Shown here: in pieces, positions 11,691 through 24,210 of the stretch
Numbering within the stretch: the stretch's first letter is position 1
Layout: each line of letters starts with the position of its first letter
Assembly (NCBI RefSeq): GCF_001194135.2
Contig: NC_069003.1
Coordinates: 15,945,873 to 16,009,872, forward strand
Direction: 5' to 3'
Length of the DNA stretch: 64,000 nucleotides
From: Octopus bimaculoides
Lineage: Eukaryota
Notes under the pieces: generated by a model
The model's database searches: none
What the model was told of the DNA's origin: nothing
What the model saw: the letters and a program-made list of their open reading frames with translations, nothing else
Translations under genes and position numbers: made by a program

Positions 11691-12262
11691 AGAACTTCTT
11701 TCCCCACATCGTTTTTCGATAAAGAATAATAATCCGCAAACTTCCGTTTCGATAAACCATTATTGTTCCTGAAAGATGTCTTTTTATATTTACTACGAAT
11801 TGCTTGAAGCTAACTTTCTTCCTACATCTCGATCCCTGGATCTTACACACACANNNNNNNNNNNNNNNNNNNNNNNNNNNNNNNNNNNNNNNNNNNNNNN
11901 NNNNNNNNNNNNNNNNNNNNNNNNNNNNNNNNNNNNNNNNNNNNNNNNNNNNNNNNNNNNNNNNNNNNNNNNNNNNNNNNNNNNNNNNNNNNNNNNNNNN
12001 NNNNNNNNNNNNNNNNNNNNNNNNNNNNNNNNNNNNNNNNNNNNNNNNNNNNNNNNNNNNNNNNNNNNNNNNNNNNNNNNNNNNNNNNNNNNNNNNNNNN
12101 NNNNNNNNNNNNNNNNNNNNNNNNNNNNNNNNNNNNNNNNNNNNNNNNNNNNNNNNNNNNNNNNNNNNNNNNNNNNNNNNNNNNNNNNNNNNNNNNNNNN
12201 NNNNNNNNNNNNNNATATACATACAACATTTCTTTCTTTCTATTTACACACACATGCACATG

Positions 12263-12336
<74 letters not shown>

Positions 12337-12744
12337 ATCGTCGTGAACACGCAAAGTTTCGATCATGTGTTGGGTTCCATCGGCACCTGAGAACCATGTT
12401 CAAATGTCTACTGGTATAATGCTATGAACACTTTATTATTAAGAACTTTATATACTGGGTCGACCCATTAGTTTATATTTGGGCACATAGTATACTTTGC
12501 ATTTGACCATAAAATTCTTGTATATAAAAACACGGGTCTTATAATTGTCCATTAAAGCGTCAGCTTCAATCTGCAGATTGTATCTAATCAGCTACAATAA
12601 TTGCATATATTGAAGCTGCAGATTCTCAACACACTAGTAATATATACATGCATGTGTATACATATGCATGTACGTATGTATATACATACATATATATATT
12701 TAACAGTTTCAGTCATTGGACTGCGGCCATATTGGGTCACGACC

Positions 12745-12798
<54 letters not shown>

Positions 12799-13673
12799 GC
12801 ACACACTCCTACATCCCCCACACACACACTCATTAACAGCGTATGTGTTTGTGTATGTGAGACAGAGAAAGAGATAGAAAGGGAAAAGATAAAGAAAGAA
12901 GAAAAGAGACGAAATATGTAGAAGAAAAGAAATTACTCGGAAGTGTCTTTGTTTCAATTTTCATTTTTCTTTTTTTTTTCCAAAACGTCTGAACTTTATA
13001 TAAGATTCGTTATAGACACCGGAATCTATTTTGGTAAACACCATGGCATCATTTTTTTACAAACACACACGCGCGCGCACGCACGTGCACACATACACAC
13101 TTCTGTCTACAAACACAACCCCACTTTTTTTTATTATTCAGCTGATACCGTGATCAGTTCGATTTTGGTGAGTGGGAGTGCGGTGTGGAGTGGTGAGATT
13201 AAATATTGAAAATAACCATTGATCTGTCTGCTGTGTCCAAGAGATTTTGATGTTTTTGTTTGTTTTTATTGTTATGATTATTTTGTGTTTTCTATTGTTG
13301 TCTTGTTTTTTCTTGTTGTCTTGTTTTTTCCCCCGTCCAAATCGATACGACATCCGATTGACCGATACTTGTCGATTTTGGGGTGAAGTTAGGAGGGGGC
13401 TTGGACTTTTCTTTTCTTCCACCATATAAATCATTCCTTTGTAGGTATATAGGGAGATGGGGGAAGGGAGGTTGGTAGACTCAAGTGACATCTTACTGCT
13501 GTTCCCTATGTAGGGAGAACAAAGAAGGAAGGAATATGCTCTCATCTCCGATTTATTTCTTCATTCACCACCACCATCACCACAGGGTCCAACTGTGTGT
13601 AGCCAATAAGAAAGAGGGAGGGGAAGAGAGTGAGAAAGACGGAAAGAGAGGGGGAGACTGATAGATAGAGTTT

Positions 13674-14068
13674 GCGCTGGCGTGGCTGTTTGGTTAAGAA
13701 GCTTGCTTCCGATCCATGTGGTATTGGGTTCAGTCCCACTGGACACCATCCTGGGCAAGTATCTTCTATTATAGCCCCAGGCAAACCAAGCCTTGTGAAT
13801 GGATTTTTTCGGTCGTACATAAGTGCGTGTGTGCCTCTGTCTGCGTGCCTCTTTGTTTATGCGTGTGAGTGTTTGCTTGTGCAAACACTCACTGCTTCAC
13901 AACCGATATTGCTTAGTTTGCAATCCTGTAACTTTGAGGGTCATCAAAACAGAGCGATAGCGTAAGTATCAGACTTGCAAATAAATCTTGGGGTCGATTT
14001 GTTCGACTAAACCATTCGACGCAGTACCCCAGGATCGCCGAAATCTGATAACCGAAACAAGTAAAAGA
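13674..14068 (+). mobile_element. SINE family A, diverged full-length copy
   Basis: A box TGGCTGTTTGG, B box GGGTTCAGTCCC, tail GGGGTCGATTTGTTCGACTAA..CCGAAACAAGTAAAAG. Confidence 0.8.
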
Positions 14069-14073
14069 TATAT

Positions 14074-15127
14074 TGTAGTCTGATCAATACATATCCGGTG
14101 AGCTGGCAGAAACGTTAGCACACCGGGCGAAATGCTGAGCGATATTTCGTCTGCCGTTACGTTCTGAGTTCAAATTCCACCGAGGTCGACTTTGCCTTTC
14201 ATCCTTTCGGGGTGGATAAATTAACTACCAGTCCTTGTTTGTCCCCTCTATGTTTAGCCCTTTGTGGGCAATAAAGAGAGACTGTTACCATAGTAAGGAA
14301 GCTAAAGCACGCAGAGTGAGGCCGCTTGGTAGATTAACCTTGAACTCTGCTATACATGCGCACTAAGTTTTAAGATTTTGGCTCACTTCCGCTGTTTACA
14401 GCAGTGCTTGGAAGGAACGTGTGTGGCGTATGATCGTCTCATTGACCATGACAGAGAAAGTTGTCGTGATGATACCTGTTCAGAGGCAAAGTCGCAGAAA
14501 GTTTATGAGTCGCACACAAGTGACGTGTGGCTCAAGCGCTTCCAAGATGGCCGAAAAAATGTCAATAGTGACGAACGTTCTGGGAGACACGCAACCAGCA
14601 GAACTGAGAAAAACATCGCAGATGTGCGTGCAGCTGAGAGGTGAAATCGTCGAATGGACAATCAGTAAGTTATCAAAGGATGAGCAGATTAGTTACGGCT
14701 CAGTTCAGTTCATTATCACTGAAGATTTGCTTATGAGACGCGTGTCTGACGAGTTTGTGTCAAAACTGCTTTCAGCTGATCCAAAAGACACTCGGGTTTC
14801 AGTTGCACAAGATCTCCTTGATTGTGTCGAGAACAATGAAAGCTTTTTGAAAACTTTGCATAGGCTTCTGAGTGGGTACCGCCAAGCTTTTGGAAAAAAT
14901 TGATGCAGATTCTCTGCCCAGCTTTCTCTGTCATGGTCAATACGACGATCACACGCTACACACGTCCATTCGAAGCACTACTGTAAACAATGGATGTAAG
15001 CTAGAACGTTAAAACTTAGTGCACATGCACAACAGAGTTCAAGGTCAATCTGTGTCAAGCGGCTTCACTTTGCATGCTTTAATTTTGTTACTATGACAAC
15101 AGTCGTGATAGTATTGATCAGACCACG
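14074..15127. mobile_element. Fold-back mariner derivative: two inverted copies of the element 5' end around a transposase N-terminal fragment
   Basis: The left arm (14074-about 14460, interrupted by a SINE) and the right arm (about 14870-15127) are diverged reverse complements that include the ATG region (MTEK). The + strand encodes VWLKRFQDGRKNVNSDERSGR...RMTISKLSKDEQISYGSVQFIITEDLLMRRVS (mariner HTH region). Confidence 0.8.
14096..14278 (+). mobile_element. SINE family B inserted into the mariner left arm
   Basis: GGTGAGCTGGCAGAAACGTTAGC..GAGTTCAAATTCC.CCGAGGTCGACTTTGCCTTTCATCC. It interrupts the sequence CAATACTATCACGACTGTT seen intact in the right arm. Confidence 0.85.
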
Positions 15128-15376
15128 TACGCCATTCTCTTAGAAATTAACTCTATGATTGCATTGGTAAAGACATTTTTTATATTTTACCTCTTTCAGT
15201 CTTTAGACTATGGCCATGCGGGAGCACAGCCTTGAAGAATTATTAGTCGAATAAATTGACACCAGTGCTTATTTTTTCATTAGCCTGGTACTTATTTTAT
15301 CGGTCTCTTTTGCCGAACACTATTTTTAGAGAACGTAAACATACCAACGCCAGTTGTCAAGCAGTCGTGGGGGGCA

Positions 15377-15495
<119 letters not shown>

Positions 15496-16006
15496 ACATA
15501 TAATATGGGTGGCTAATTCGCAATTTTACAGCTTAAAGGCAAAGTCTGTACGTCACTAAAGCGAACAAGGGCACCAGTGTTGCTAGAAATAAGAGTCAAA
15601 ACAACTCAATAGCCAACAAAAGCATTATCTTAATGAGGTGACAAGGGAGACAAGATCTCTATTGTCATAGATACAGCCATGTCATCGATGATTTCGCGTT
15701 CTGATGCTTTATGCATCTTAACGCTAATCAGTGACTCTCACCGCGCCTAGATTTAAACTAATCCCTCCTTGTCAGCTTACAAGATTCCCGTTGAGATCAT
15801 ACGTTGAGATCATACGCTGGTTTCAAAAACGGTAAAAGCGAAAATTATAAATAATATGAGTGACGAATTCGCAATTTTACAGCCTCGCAATACTGGTGCT
15901 GATTACCACACAGTCACACTTGTGTCTATGTTAAAACTGTGACCTTTGTGAGTCGTAAGGTCTTGGAACAAGTTGATGTAACCATGACGGCTAGAAAGAG
16001 AGGAAC

Positions 16007-16069
<63 letters not shown>

Positions 16070-16108
16070 GTAGGTAGGTAGGTAGGTAGGTAGGTAGGTA
16101 GGTAGGTA
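16007..16108. repeat. Compound (TAGA)n(TAGG)n microsatellite
   Basis: Direct inspection. Confidence 0.95.
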
Positions 16109-16679
16109 GAACTAGTTAACTAAATAGATAGAATGGAAAGAATATAAGAGCGACAAAAGGTGGAAGCAAAAAAGAACAATAATAATAAATTTTATCTTTT
16201 AGTTTTTATTTTGTTTTATTTTAATAAATTGACAGGAGATTTGAAGTTAACATTTTCAGTATACGAGAACGAGGCATGATTATTCTTTTAAAGGCTACTT
16301 GAAGTGATTACGAGGCTTAGTATTCATTAGTGAACATTGTCTTAAACGTCGGCAGATATCTCCTTCAGTTTAATAGAAAGTGAATATAGATTGATATCGC
16401 ATTTCAAAAGCTATTAGGATAGAAACACAAGAGGCTTGCCTCGATGTAAGCTGAAATGCCAAGCACCACCACCACCACCACCACCCCTAGCACCCCGCAC
16501 ACATACACATTCTTTTCACGTCACAACACCATCTCAAACTGTTACCAACAACGGCAACATTAACAGGAAGAACGTTATTGCCATCGCCGCTGCCCACTCC
16601 ACCGGCTCTTGTAATCACTACTCGCCACTGCACACGAAAACAAAAGGATTCACTATGATTTTATATTAAGCCGCCCACC

Positions 16680-16724
<45 letters not shown>

Positions 16725-16776
16725 NNNNNNNNNNNNNNNNNNNNNNNNNNNNNNNNNNNNNNNNNNNNNNNNNNNN

Positions 16777-16833
<57 letters not shown>

Positions 16834-17428
16834 CGTACATACAGTACTAAGCACACTAATATATATGTATACACGCACATATTAATACGTATGTCTGTAT
16901 ATAATTCTGAATACACGTACACGTATATATATAATCACACACAAATGCATAGTTATATCCTCAAGCAAACTGTCTGAGTTGTATACGCAGTCCATTGTAC
17001 GCGCACTCAGAACCAATTTACACACCCAACACTTAACAACCACCTACTTTATATATATGTATATATATATGAATCATATATATATGCATACATACTTATA
17101 TATGTGTGTGTGTATGTGTACATGTGTTGTAATTTATGTATATATATATATATATGCATTTAAAGATACATTTGAATATAATTCTACTTGCATACGTAGT
17201 CACGTATACAGGCATGTATGTTATTCAGACTTACACGATACTCATTACGTTCACACAAATGTTCATGACTGGAAACGCCACCCAGCGGCGTTTTATCGGC
17301 TTTAACACGATATGTCAACTTGTACAAAAGAGACCTACTTAACTTATATATAACCATTTATGTTAAAGTCATCTTTACTTAGTTTTTCTCTTCTCTTGTT
17401 CAATTTTTACTCGTCAATATTATATTTC

Positions 17429-17626
17429 GGTTTAAGGCGGTGAGGTGAAGAGTCGTCAACACGTCCGGCAAAATGCTTCGTGACATTTCGTCCAACTTAA
17501 TGTTCCGAGTCCAAATGCCGCCGAGGTCGACTTAGCCTTTCATCTCTTCGAGGTTCAGTACTGGGGTCGATGTGATCGACTTAGCCCCTTCCCCGAAACT
17601 ACTGGTGTTGTGCCATTATCTGAAAC
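17429..17626 (+). mobile_element. SINE family B with 14-bp target-site duplication
   Basis: CAATATTATATTTC at 17415-17428 and 17627-17640 flanks a family B copy (AAGGCGGTGAG..CCGAGGTCGACTTAGCCTTTCATC..TGAAACC). Confidence 0.85.
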
Positions 17627-18129
17627 CAATATTATATTTCAGTGAACAGGGTGTTGAGGCACGTGATGACAAGAGAGATGGGTGGAAGCTGCAATAAATG
17701 AGTTGTAGTATTTAGTTTCAGGTGTCTAGACCTAGATTTCGATATCCACCCAAGTCGTCTTTGACTTTCATTCTGCAGAGTGGTGCGGACAATACTTTAT
17801 ATTTTAGGCACAAGACCTGAAATTTCAGGTTCGAGGTTAGTCGATTACGCCGATCCCAGTCCCTTACTAGTACCTAATTTATCGACCCAGAAAGGATAAA
17901 AGTCTAAATCGACCATGGTGGTATTTGCACACTCAGAACGTAAAACCAGAAGAAGTGCCACTAAGCAATTTGTCCGGCATGCTAACGATTCTGCCGAGAG
18001 GGTAATAATATAAATACTTATCAAGAACTCTTATTCTGCTATACGTTTCAGTCAATGGACTGTGACCAAGCTGGGGCACTGCTATCGAATTTCATTCAGT
18101 CATGTTCATTCCTGTACTTATTTCAGGCT

Positions 18130-18425
18130 ACCACATTTTCCGGCATACAATTCAACGTTGTATATAGAGCAAACATGTAAACATTCAATCATTGTCATTG
18201 TTACCAAATCCTGCTGCTTTTCACATGGAATTTTAGATCCTCCCAAATCGTCTTGGTAGACTGGAAAATATGATGTACACAAGTTAAACTCCCTGACATG
18301 ATATACAGGGTTTTCCGGCATACGAGTCGATGTCGTATTTACTGAAAACATATAAACATTCAAATATCATCACTATCTTGCCAAATCCTCCAGTATTTCA
18401 CATGGAATTTTTGGCCCTCCAAATA
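18130..18425. repeat. Degenerate tandem repeat, period about 175-177 bp
   Basis: TTTTCCGGCATAC at 18136 and 18311; TTCACATGGAATTTT at 18220 and 18397. Confidence 0.75.
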
Positions 18426-18699
18426 CATACATACTCCAGTCATTGCTATTCGGTTATTAGTGTGATCAAATAAAAAAAAAGTATTCCGTCTAGCGGGAGA
18501 TAAATATCGTTTAATATATACATCATTTAAATGCGAGCTACTGTACATTTTATGCATTTTAAACATGAATGATTGTCCCATAATACACAGAGAGCAATAC
18601 AAGCTCATTCACCTATTTCATTTTCAAAGGTATGAACCTAACAGCAACACGCATTTATATCTTGTATATATTAAATAATATATAGAGATACAGTGCATC

Positions 18700-18945
18700 C
18701 GTGTGGCTTCGTGGTTAGGGTTTTCAGACAACGATCGTAAAGATGTGGGTTCGATTCCTAACGGTGCGTTTTGTCCTTCAGCAAGCAGACATTGGTCCAG
18801 TCCACTCAGCTATCAAATATGGTTTGTATCTGAAATCAAAGTGGCAGCCTTGTCACATTCTGTGCAACATTGATTCTCCCTCAGACCTACGTTAAGTCCA
18901 CGCTGTCTGTGGAGTTCTCAGCCACCTGCACGTTAATTTGATCGG
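18700..18945 (+). mobile_element. tRNA-derived SINE (family F)
   Basis: A-box-like TGGCTTCGTGG and B box GGGTTCGATTCC, followed by a CCACTCAGCT..GGCAGCCTTGTCACATTCTGTG body. Confidence 0.6.
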
Positions 18946-19174
18946 TTCTGCTGGGACACTTGTCGTCGTAATCAAGGGAGTGTCGGTATCGTAAAGATAC
19001 ACATATAAGTTTGTATAGAAATATACATATGTTTGTTTATGCCTGAGGAATGACAGAGATGTACTCAATAAATGTTATAGAGGACAAAATTCTTTTTATT
19101 TCTTCTTTGAAACTGAGAGGCCTTTCGATTTTCACACTTTCACATTTCTGCAATCTCTCAGTCTGTGTATTCCC

Positions 19175-19209
<35 letters not shown>

Positions 19210-19225
19210 CATATGTATGTATATT

Positions 19226-19320
<95 letters not shown>

Positions 19321-19469
19321 ATATGTATTTATGTATATATATGTATATATATGTATGTATATGCATGTATATAGATGTATATGTATATATATGTATGTAT
19401 GTATATGTATATATGTATATGCATGTATGTATATATATACATACATATATATATATATATATATATCAC

Positions 19470-19758
19470 TGTATCAACCAGAATATCAGCTGTTGTTATA
19501 CACTGCTGGTCACAATGCACTTTCGCCCATTGTTGTATCTTTAAAATGATGCCACCACGCTGCCTAGGTGAACAGGCCAACATCCCCACTGAAAGGAATA
19601 CCAGCCCATTGCAGCTTACCTATTTACAGCTGAGAGACCTGGAGCAACCTGAAATATAGTGCTGTTTTGATGAAAATAACGCACAACCAGTCTGGGAAAC
19701 GAAACCACGATCGCAAGACTGCAGGTAAAACGCTGTAACCACTAGGCCACGCGCGTTC
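19470..19758 (-). mobile_element. SINE family E
   Basis: Reverse complement begins GCGCGTGGCCTAGTGGTT and ends in the TGCATTGTGACCAGCAGTGTATA tail shared with 10098-10345. Confidence 0.7.
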
Positions 19759-20199
19759 ACAAGCTAACCAGGTGGACAGACAGACAGACAGATACGTTTA
19801 AAAGGGTTTGCAAAATATTTGATACTGTCACACTATAAGAGAACAGATTTTCTACCTCATACCACATGTGTTTAAAACGAAAGCATTTCCTCACACAATA
19901 GGAAAACTTCATTCTAAAACGTTCGTGTCATTCTGTTTTCCCAAGATATTATTTGAAATAGCTAATAACATCTAAAGAAATTTTNNNNNNNNNNNNNNNN
20001 NNNNNNNNNNNNNNNNNNNNNNNNNNNNNNNNNNNNNNNNNNNNNNNNNNNNNNNNNNNNNNNNNNNNNNNNNNNNNNNNNNNNNNNNNNNNNNNNNNNN
20101 NNNNNNNNNNNNNNNNNNNNNNNNNNNNNNNNNNNNNNNNNNNNNNNNNNNNNNNNNNNNNNNNNNNNNNNNNNNNNNNNNNNNNNNNNNNNNNNNNNN

Positions 20200-20370
20200 T
20201 ATATATTTTCTCCGTGTTTTTCTCCTTGTCTCCGTATTCTTTCTGTTGAAGAGCGTAGCTCGAAACGTCAAAGACTTTCCGTATTCCCGAGCGTCATACT
20301 AATATATACTTTTGTTATTTACACCACCTGTCCTCGTCTGTTGTTATTTTTTGTATAATCTCCCATATAT
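20200..20370 (+). mobile_element. Penelope-like pseudo-LTR remnant next to a gap
   Basis: Pyrimidine-rich leader containing a hammerhead-like motif (20238-20274), followed by an AT-rich tail. The assignment rests on the motif. Confidence 0.5.
20238..20274 (+). ncRNA. Minimal type I hammerhead-like motif (family 2, variant core CUGUUGA)
   Basis: Helix I TCTTT(20238-42)/AAAGA(20270-74); core CTGTTGA(20243-49) plus extra A; helix II GAGC/GCTC with GTA loop; GAAA(20262-65); palindromic ACGT; cleavage triplet GUC (20267-69). Core position 6 is U instead of A. Confidence 0.6.
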
Positions 20371-20739
20371 ATATATTTGGGCGGAGGAGTGTGCGTGTGT
20401 GGATATACGGATATATAGAAATGTGTAAAAAGTAATTATAGGAGTCGTATAACAATGAATTTTTCAATGCGTTTCTATTCGTAATGGCGGCTGTCGGCCC
20501 GAAATAATCAGTTAAGGAAATGGAATTTAAGGTTTTTCTTACAGCATATATGTGTGCATACGTGTATGTATGCCTATGTGTATGTATATGAATGTGTGTG
20601 CGTGTGCGTGCGTGTTATTCGTCCTATTCAGAAGGTGGTATTATATGTTATTTGAAAAGTAATTTTCAAGTGATAATTATTATTGTTTTGCTGTCTTATA
20701 ACATGAACTCTCTTAGTGTCCGTTAAGCTTTGATATAAG

Positions 20740-20795
<56 letters not shown>

Positions 20796-20808
20796 TGTAC
20801 ACAGCAGA

Positions 20809-20970
20809 GGTGCAGGCGTGGCTATGTGGTAAGAAGTTTACTTCCCAACCACATGGTTCCAGGTTCTTTCCTACTGAGTTGCACCTTAAGCAAGTGTCCT
20901 CTACTATAGCCTCGGTCTGACCAAAGCCTTGTGAGTGGATTTAGTAGATGGAAACTGAAAGAAGCCCATA
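20809..20970 (+). mobile_element. SINE family A head region
   Basis: GGTGCAGGCGTGGCTATGTGGTAAG..GCAAGTGTCCTCTACTATAGCC..GGAAACTGAAAGAAGCCC. Confidence 0.85.
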
Positions 20971-22385
20971 CGTGTGTGTGCGTGTGTGTGAGTGCGTGTG
21001 TGTATGTGTGTGTGTGTTTGTACCCATATTTGTATGTAGAAATAAATGTAGAGATAAGCAAGTTAGACAGACCAATATATACAATTTTATATCAATACAC
21101 GAAATACAAGAAATGTATATAAAAAATGTATATATGTTTACATACAAAAATGGTCTGACTTACACTGAATACAACTGAAATAGAGGATTAAATGCGTTGA
21201 AGAAAAGTATTACAAATCCAGCAGCTGTTTCTGGTGGCTCGGCGGTCCAAAATAACGTTTGTAGATTGATTCCATCGTCAGATGAGACGAGTCTCCGTCT
21301 TCAAGGAAGAGCTCTTGCATTTGATATGTTAAAGGAAAGAAGTTCAAAGATAGAATGATTTTGTGGAGAGTTAAGTGTATTAGATGGGGGGAATTGGGGA
21401 GATATTCAGATAGGGAATAGTGAGAGGAGAAAGTAAATATCAGGAGTGAGGGGTTAATAATAGGGTGTTATGGTAGTTGAGGTGAACAGTAGGAGGGAGG
21501 GTGTTGTATGTAGTATGTGAATAGTAGTCTATTGTGTTAGTTTGTATGGAGGGTATCGAATTAATGGCTGAGATAGTGAGAAAGGCAATGGCCATGAGCA
21601 CTACGAAGTGAATTCTATATGGAGGATATCTAATTCTCATATATGAACTACATATTTGGGATATTTGGGATATTTGGGATATACCTATATTTATGTATGT
21701 GTGTACATATATCTGTAGCTATATATGTTTGTATGTATGAAAATATATATTTGGGTAGGTAGATATCTGAAAACGTTGAAAGGGGAAACAGTTGGAGAAT
21801 GGTAGACAATTCACAGTTCAAATCTTGCAGAGGTTAACCTTTACATATTAACCTCCAGGGCTTGATACTGATTAGCAGTAAGTCCATTACATTTTTTGTG
21901 ATAACATAAGTACCTCTCATGTATAGGGGCTGGGAAACAAACTTCGCACCACACAGCCACGCTTGCGCCTATTTAAAAGTGTGCTCCTTTGAGTCCTTTT
22001 AAGCTCCGAGTTTACTTTCTTTTGCATCCCTTTATGATTCGAGTTTACTTTGCCTTTCATCTCTCCGGGCCTCCATAAATTGAGTAACCAATTTAATACT
22101 GAGATTCATTCTATCAAAATTTGTGCCTAAAGCAGAAAGCTCTGTTGTTTTTGTTGTTGTCATCGTCGACGTTATTGTTAGTTTATTGTTATCGTTGTGT
22201 AGTTATTTTTGTTGGTGTTAGTGTCGTTATTGCTGTTTTTTCTTGGTCTTCGTTGACTTCTTGTTCTACTTACTTCCAAATCATTCCTCTCTTTTTCTCT
22301 AATGATGCTGTCCAATTATATCGCAATTATATATCTACCAATTGAAACTCATTGTTTTTCTCTCTCTCTCTCTCTTTGTCTTCAG

Positions 22386-22546
22386 GATGCGTCTGTATTT
22401 ATCTTTGAGAAACGTGTTGCCGACAAACTGCACAAGCCACGGCGTCGAGAAACAGTTGCAGAAATACTGCGAAAGGAGGTGCACCAACTGCAAAGAATAA
22501 AGCATCCCAAAATTCTGCAAGTGTTCCATACTCTGGAAGAATGCCA
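22386..22546 (+). CDS. SCYL2: Internal exon of a SCY1-like pseudokinase (SCYL2-like), N-lobe region
   Basis: Long polypyrimidine tract + CAG acceptor (22355-22385), GTGAGT donor (22547). 161 nt, phase 0 in, phase 2 out. Encodes DASVFIFEKRVADKLHKPRRRETVAEILRKEVHQLQRIKHPKILQVFHTLEEC, matching the SCYL2-family pattern xSVFxFDK..L...v.QLxRLRHPxxLxVxHPLEE. Exact orthology (SCYL2 vs an invertebrate paralogue) is uncertain. Confidence 0.85.
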
Positions 22547-22596
22547 GTGAGTAGTGTCACACCTCAGTTACAATTTTATCTCCTATTTTCTCTTGA

Positions 22597-22641
<45 letters not shown>

Positions 22642-23415
22642 TAATATATGCTTTCAGTTGAAAATCCATATTTGTGAAGCTAAAGATAGCGCTGTGTTTA
22701 AATTGACGTAATAATTGCATTGTTCAATTAAATGGATCCGCTTGATACGGTCGTACTGCATTACTACTTGACATCTTGTTGCTTATTTTGATTTTATTCA
22801 CCTTACTTCGAGCTGTGCGGATAATACCGGACTGACTTGGAGCTTCAACTTAAATACCTAATTCAAGTGAATTAGGTATATATAAAACTCTAGATCTGCA
22901 CGTACATGTAGGTCATTCGCAAAACTGTTAAACCAAGACAGGCTCTCTCAACTTCTTAGAATGCCCAGAAAAATCACAATATGCCAATAAAAGTATGTCG
23001 AAATGGTACATTTGTGATCAGATATCGAAATCAGGACAATTTCTTCCAGACTTAAACGATCTAGAAGATGCAGAAAATATTGGTCTTGAAAGCGTTACAT
23101 CCATTTTTGTTGCGCACGTAACACCAAGTAAATGAGAATTGTGATCACAGACATTTTTCTCCAGCAAATTAATTAGCATTTTTTGAAATTTCAATGTCAG
23201 TGTAAATAAGCACCATGGGGTTTTTAATGCTACTCTGGAGAAATTCAGAAGAACGAGAAGTTTATATTTTTTGGCGCAAAAAGTTTTGTGCAGTGTCACG
23301 TACGTCACACATTTTTGGATTGCCCTCTTAAAAAATTAATCATACATTCCATATGAAAAAATATTTTTGTTTAATACTTGCCTGGATAGTCAAACTTTAC
23401 TGTTAAAACAAAAAT

Positions 23416-23516
23416 GAGACATAAATTATGAAATAATAGACAGAGACATAAATTATGAAATAATAGACAGAGACATAAATTATGAAATAATAGACAGAGA
23501 CATAAATTATGAAATA
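23416..23516. repeat. 27-bp minisatellite (about 3.7 copies)
   Basis: Unit GAGACATAAATTATGAAATAATAGACA, perfect copies. Confidence 0.95.
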
Positions 23517-23853
23517 TCTACGCTGAAAATATTGAACAAGAATTGGATTGAAATACAATTCTTGTTCAACATCNNNNNNNNNNNNNNNNNNNNNNNNNNN
23601 NNNNNNNNNNNNNNNNNNNNNNNNNNNNNNNNNNNNNNNNNNNNNNNNNNNNNNNNNNNNNNNNNNNNNNNNNNNNNNNNNNNNNNNNNNNNNNNNNNNN
23701 NNNNNNNNNNNNNNNNNNNNNNNNNNNNNNNNNNNNNNNNNNNNNNNNNNNNNNNNNNNNNNNNNNNNNNNNNNNNNNNNNNNNNNNNNNNNNNNNNNNN
23801 NNNNNNNNNNNNNNNNNNNNNNNNNNNNNNNNNNNNNNNNNNNNNNNNNNNNN

Positions 23854-23909
<56 letters not shown>

Positions 23910-24210
23910 GAAAAGAAGAAGACAAAGAAAATTCTTTAACACAACTTTAATTATGTTACATTTGTTTCCGTATCATCTCTATTTGCAACACCAGTTTACG
24001 CAAAAATTCTAAATAGAAGTTCAAGTAATGTTTGCGGTTTCGAGAGGCTCTTCTTCAGCCTTGCATCAAAGGTACGTTGTTACATTGTCTTGATCACAAC
24101 TGTCCGACGAACGGGAACGTGAACCTCTGAGTAAAAGTTTTATTTTTTGTGATGTTTTTACAGCTTTAAAAAAAAGTATATATATATATATATACACATA
24201 TATATTTATA

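Noticed and set aside
21254-21281. Minus-strand hammerhead CTGACGATGG..CAAACGTT and surrounding possible Penelope remnant (about 21180-21650)
   Set aside because: G12 is replaced (CAAAC), helix II is weak and helix I does not pair. It is at best a decayed motif, and no GIY-YIG or RT motif could be confirmed.
23416-23516. CRISPR-like array
   Set aside because: The repeats are directly adjacent with no spacers, in a eukaryotic context.
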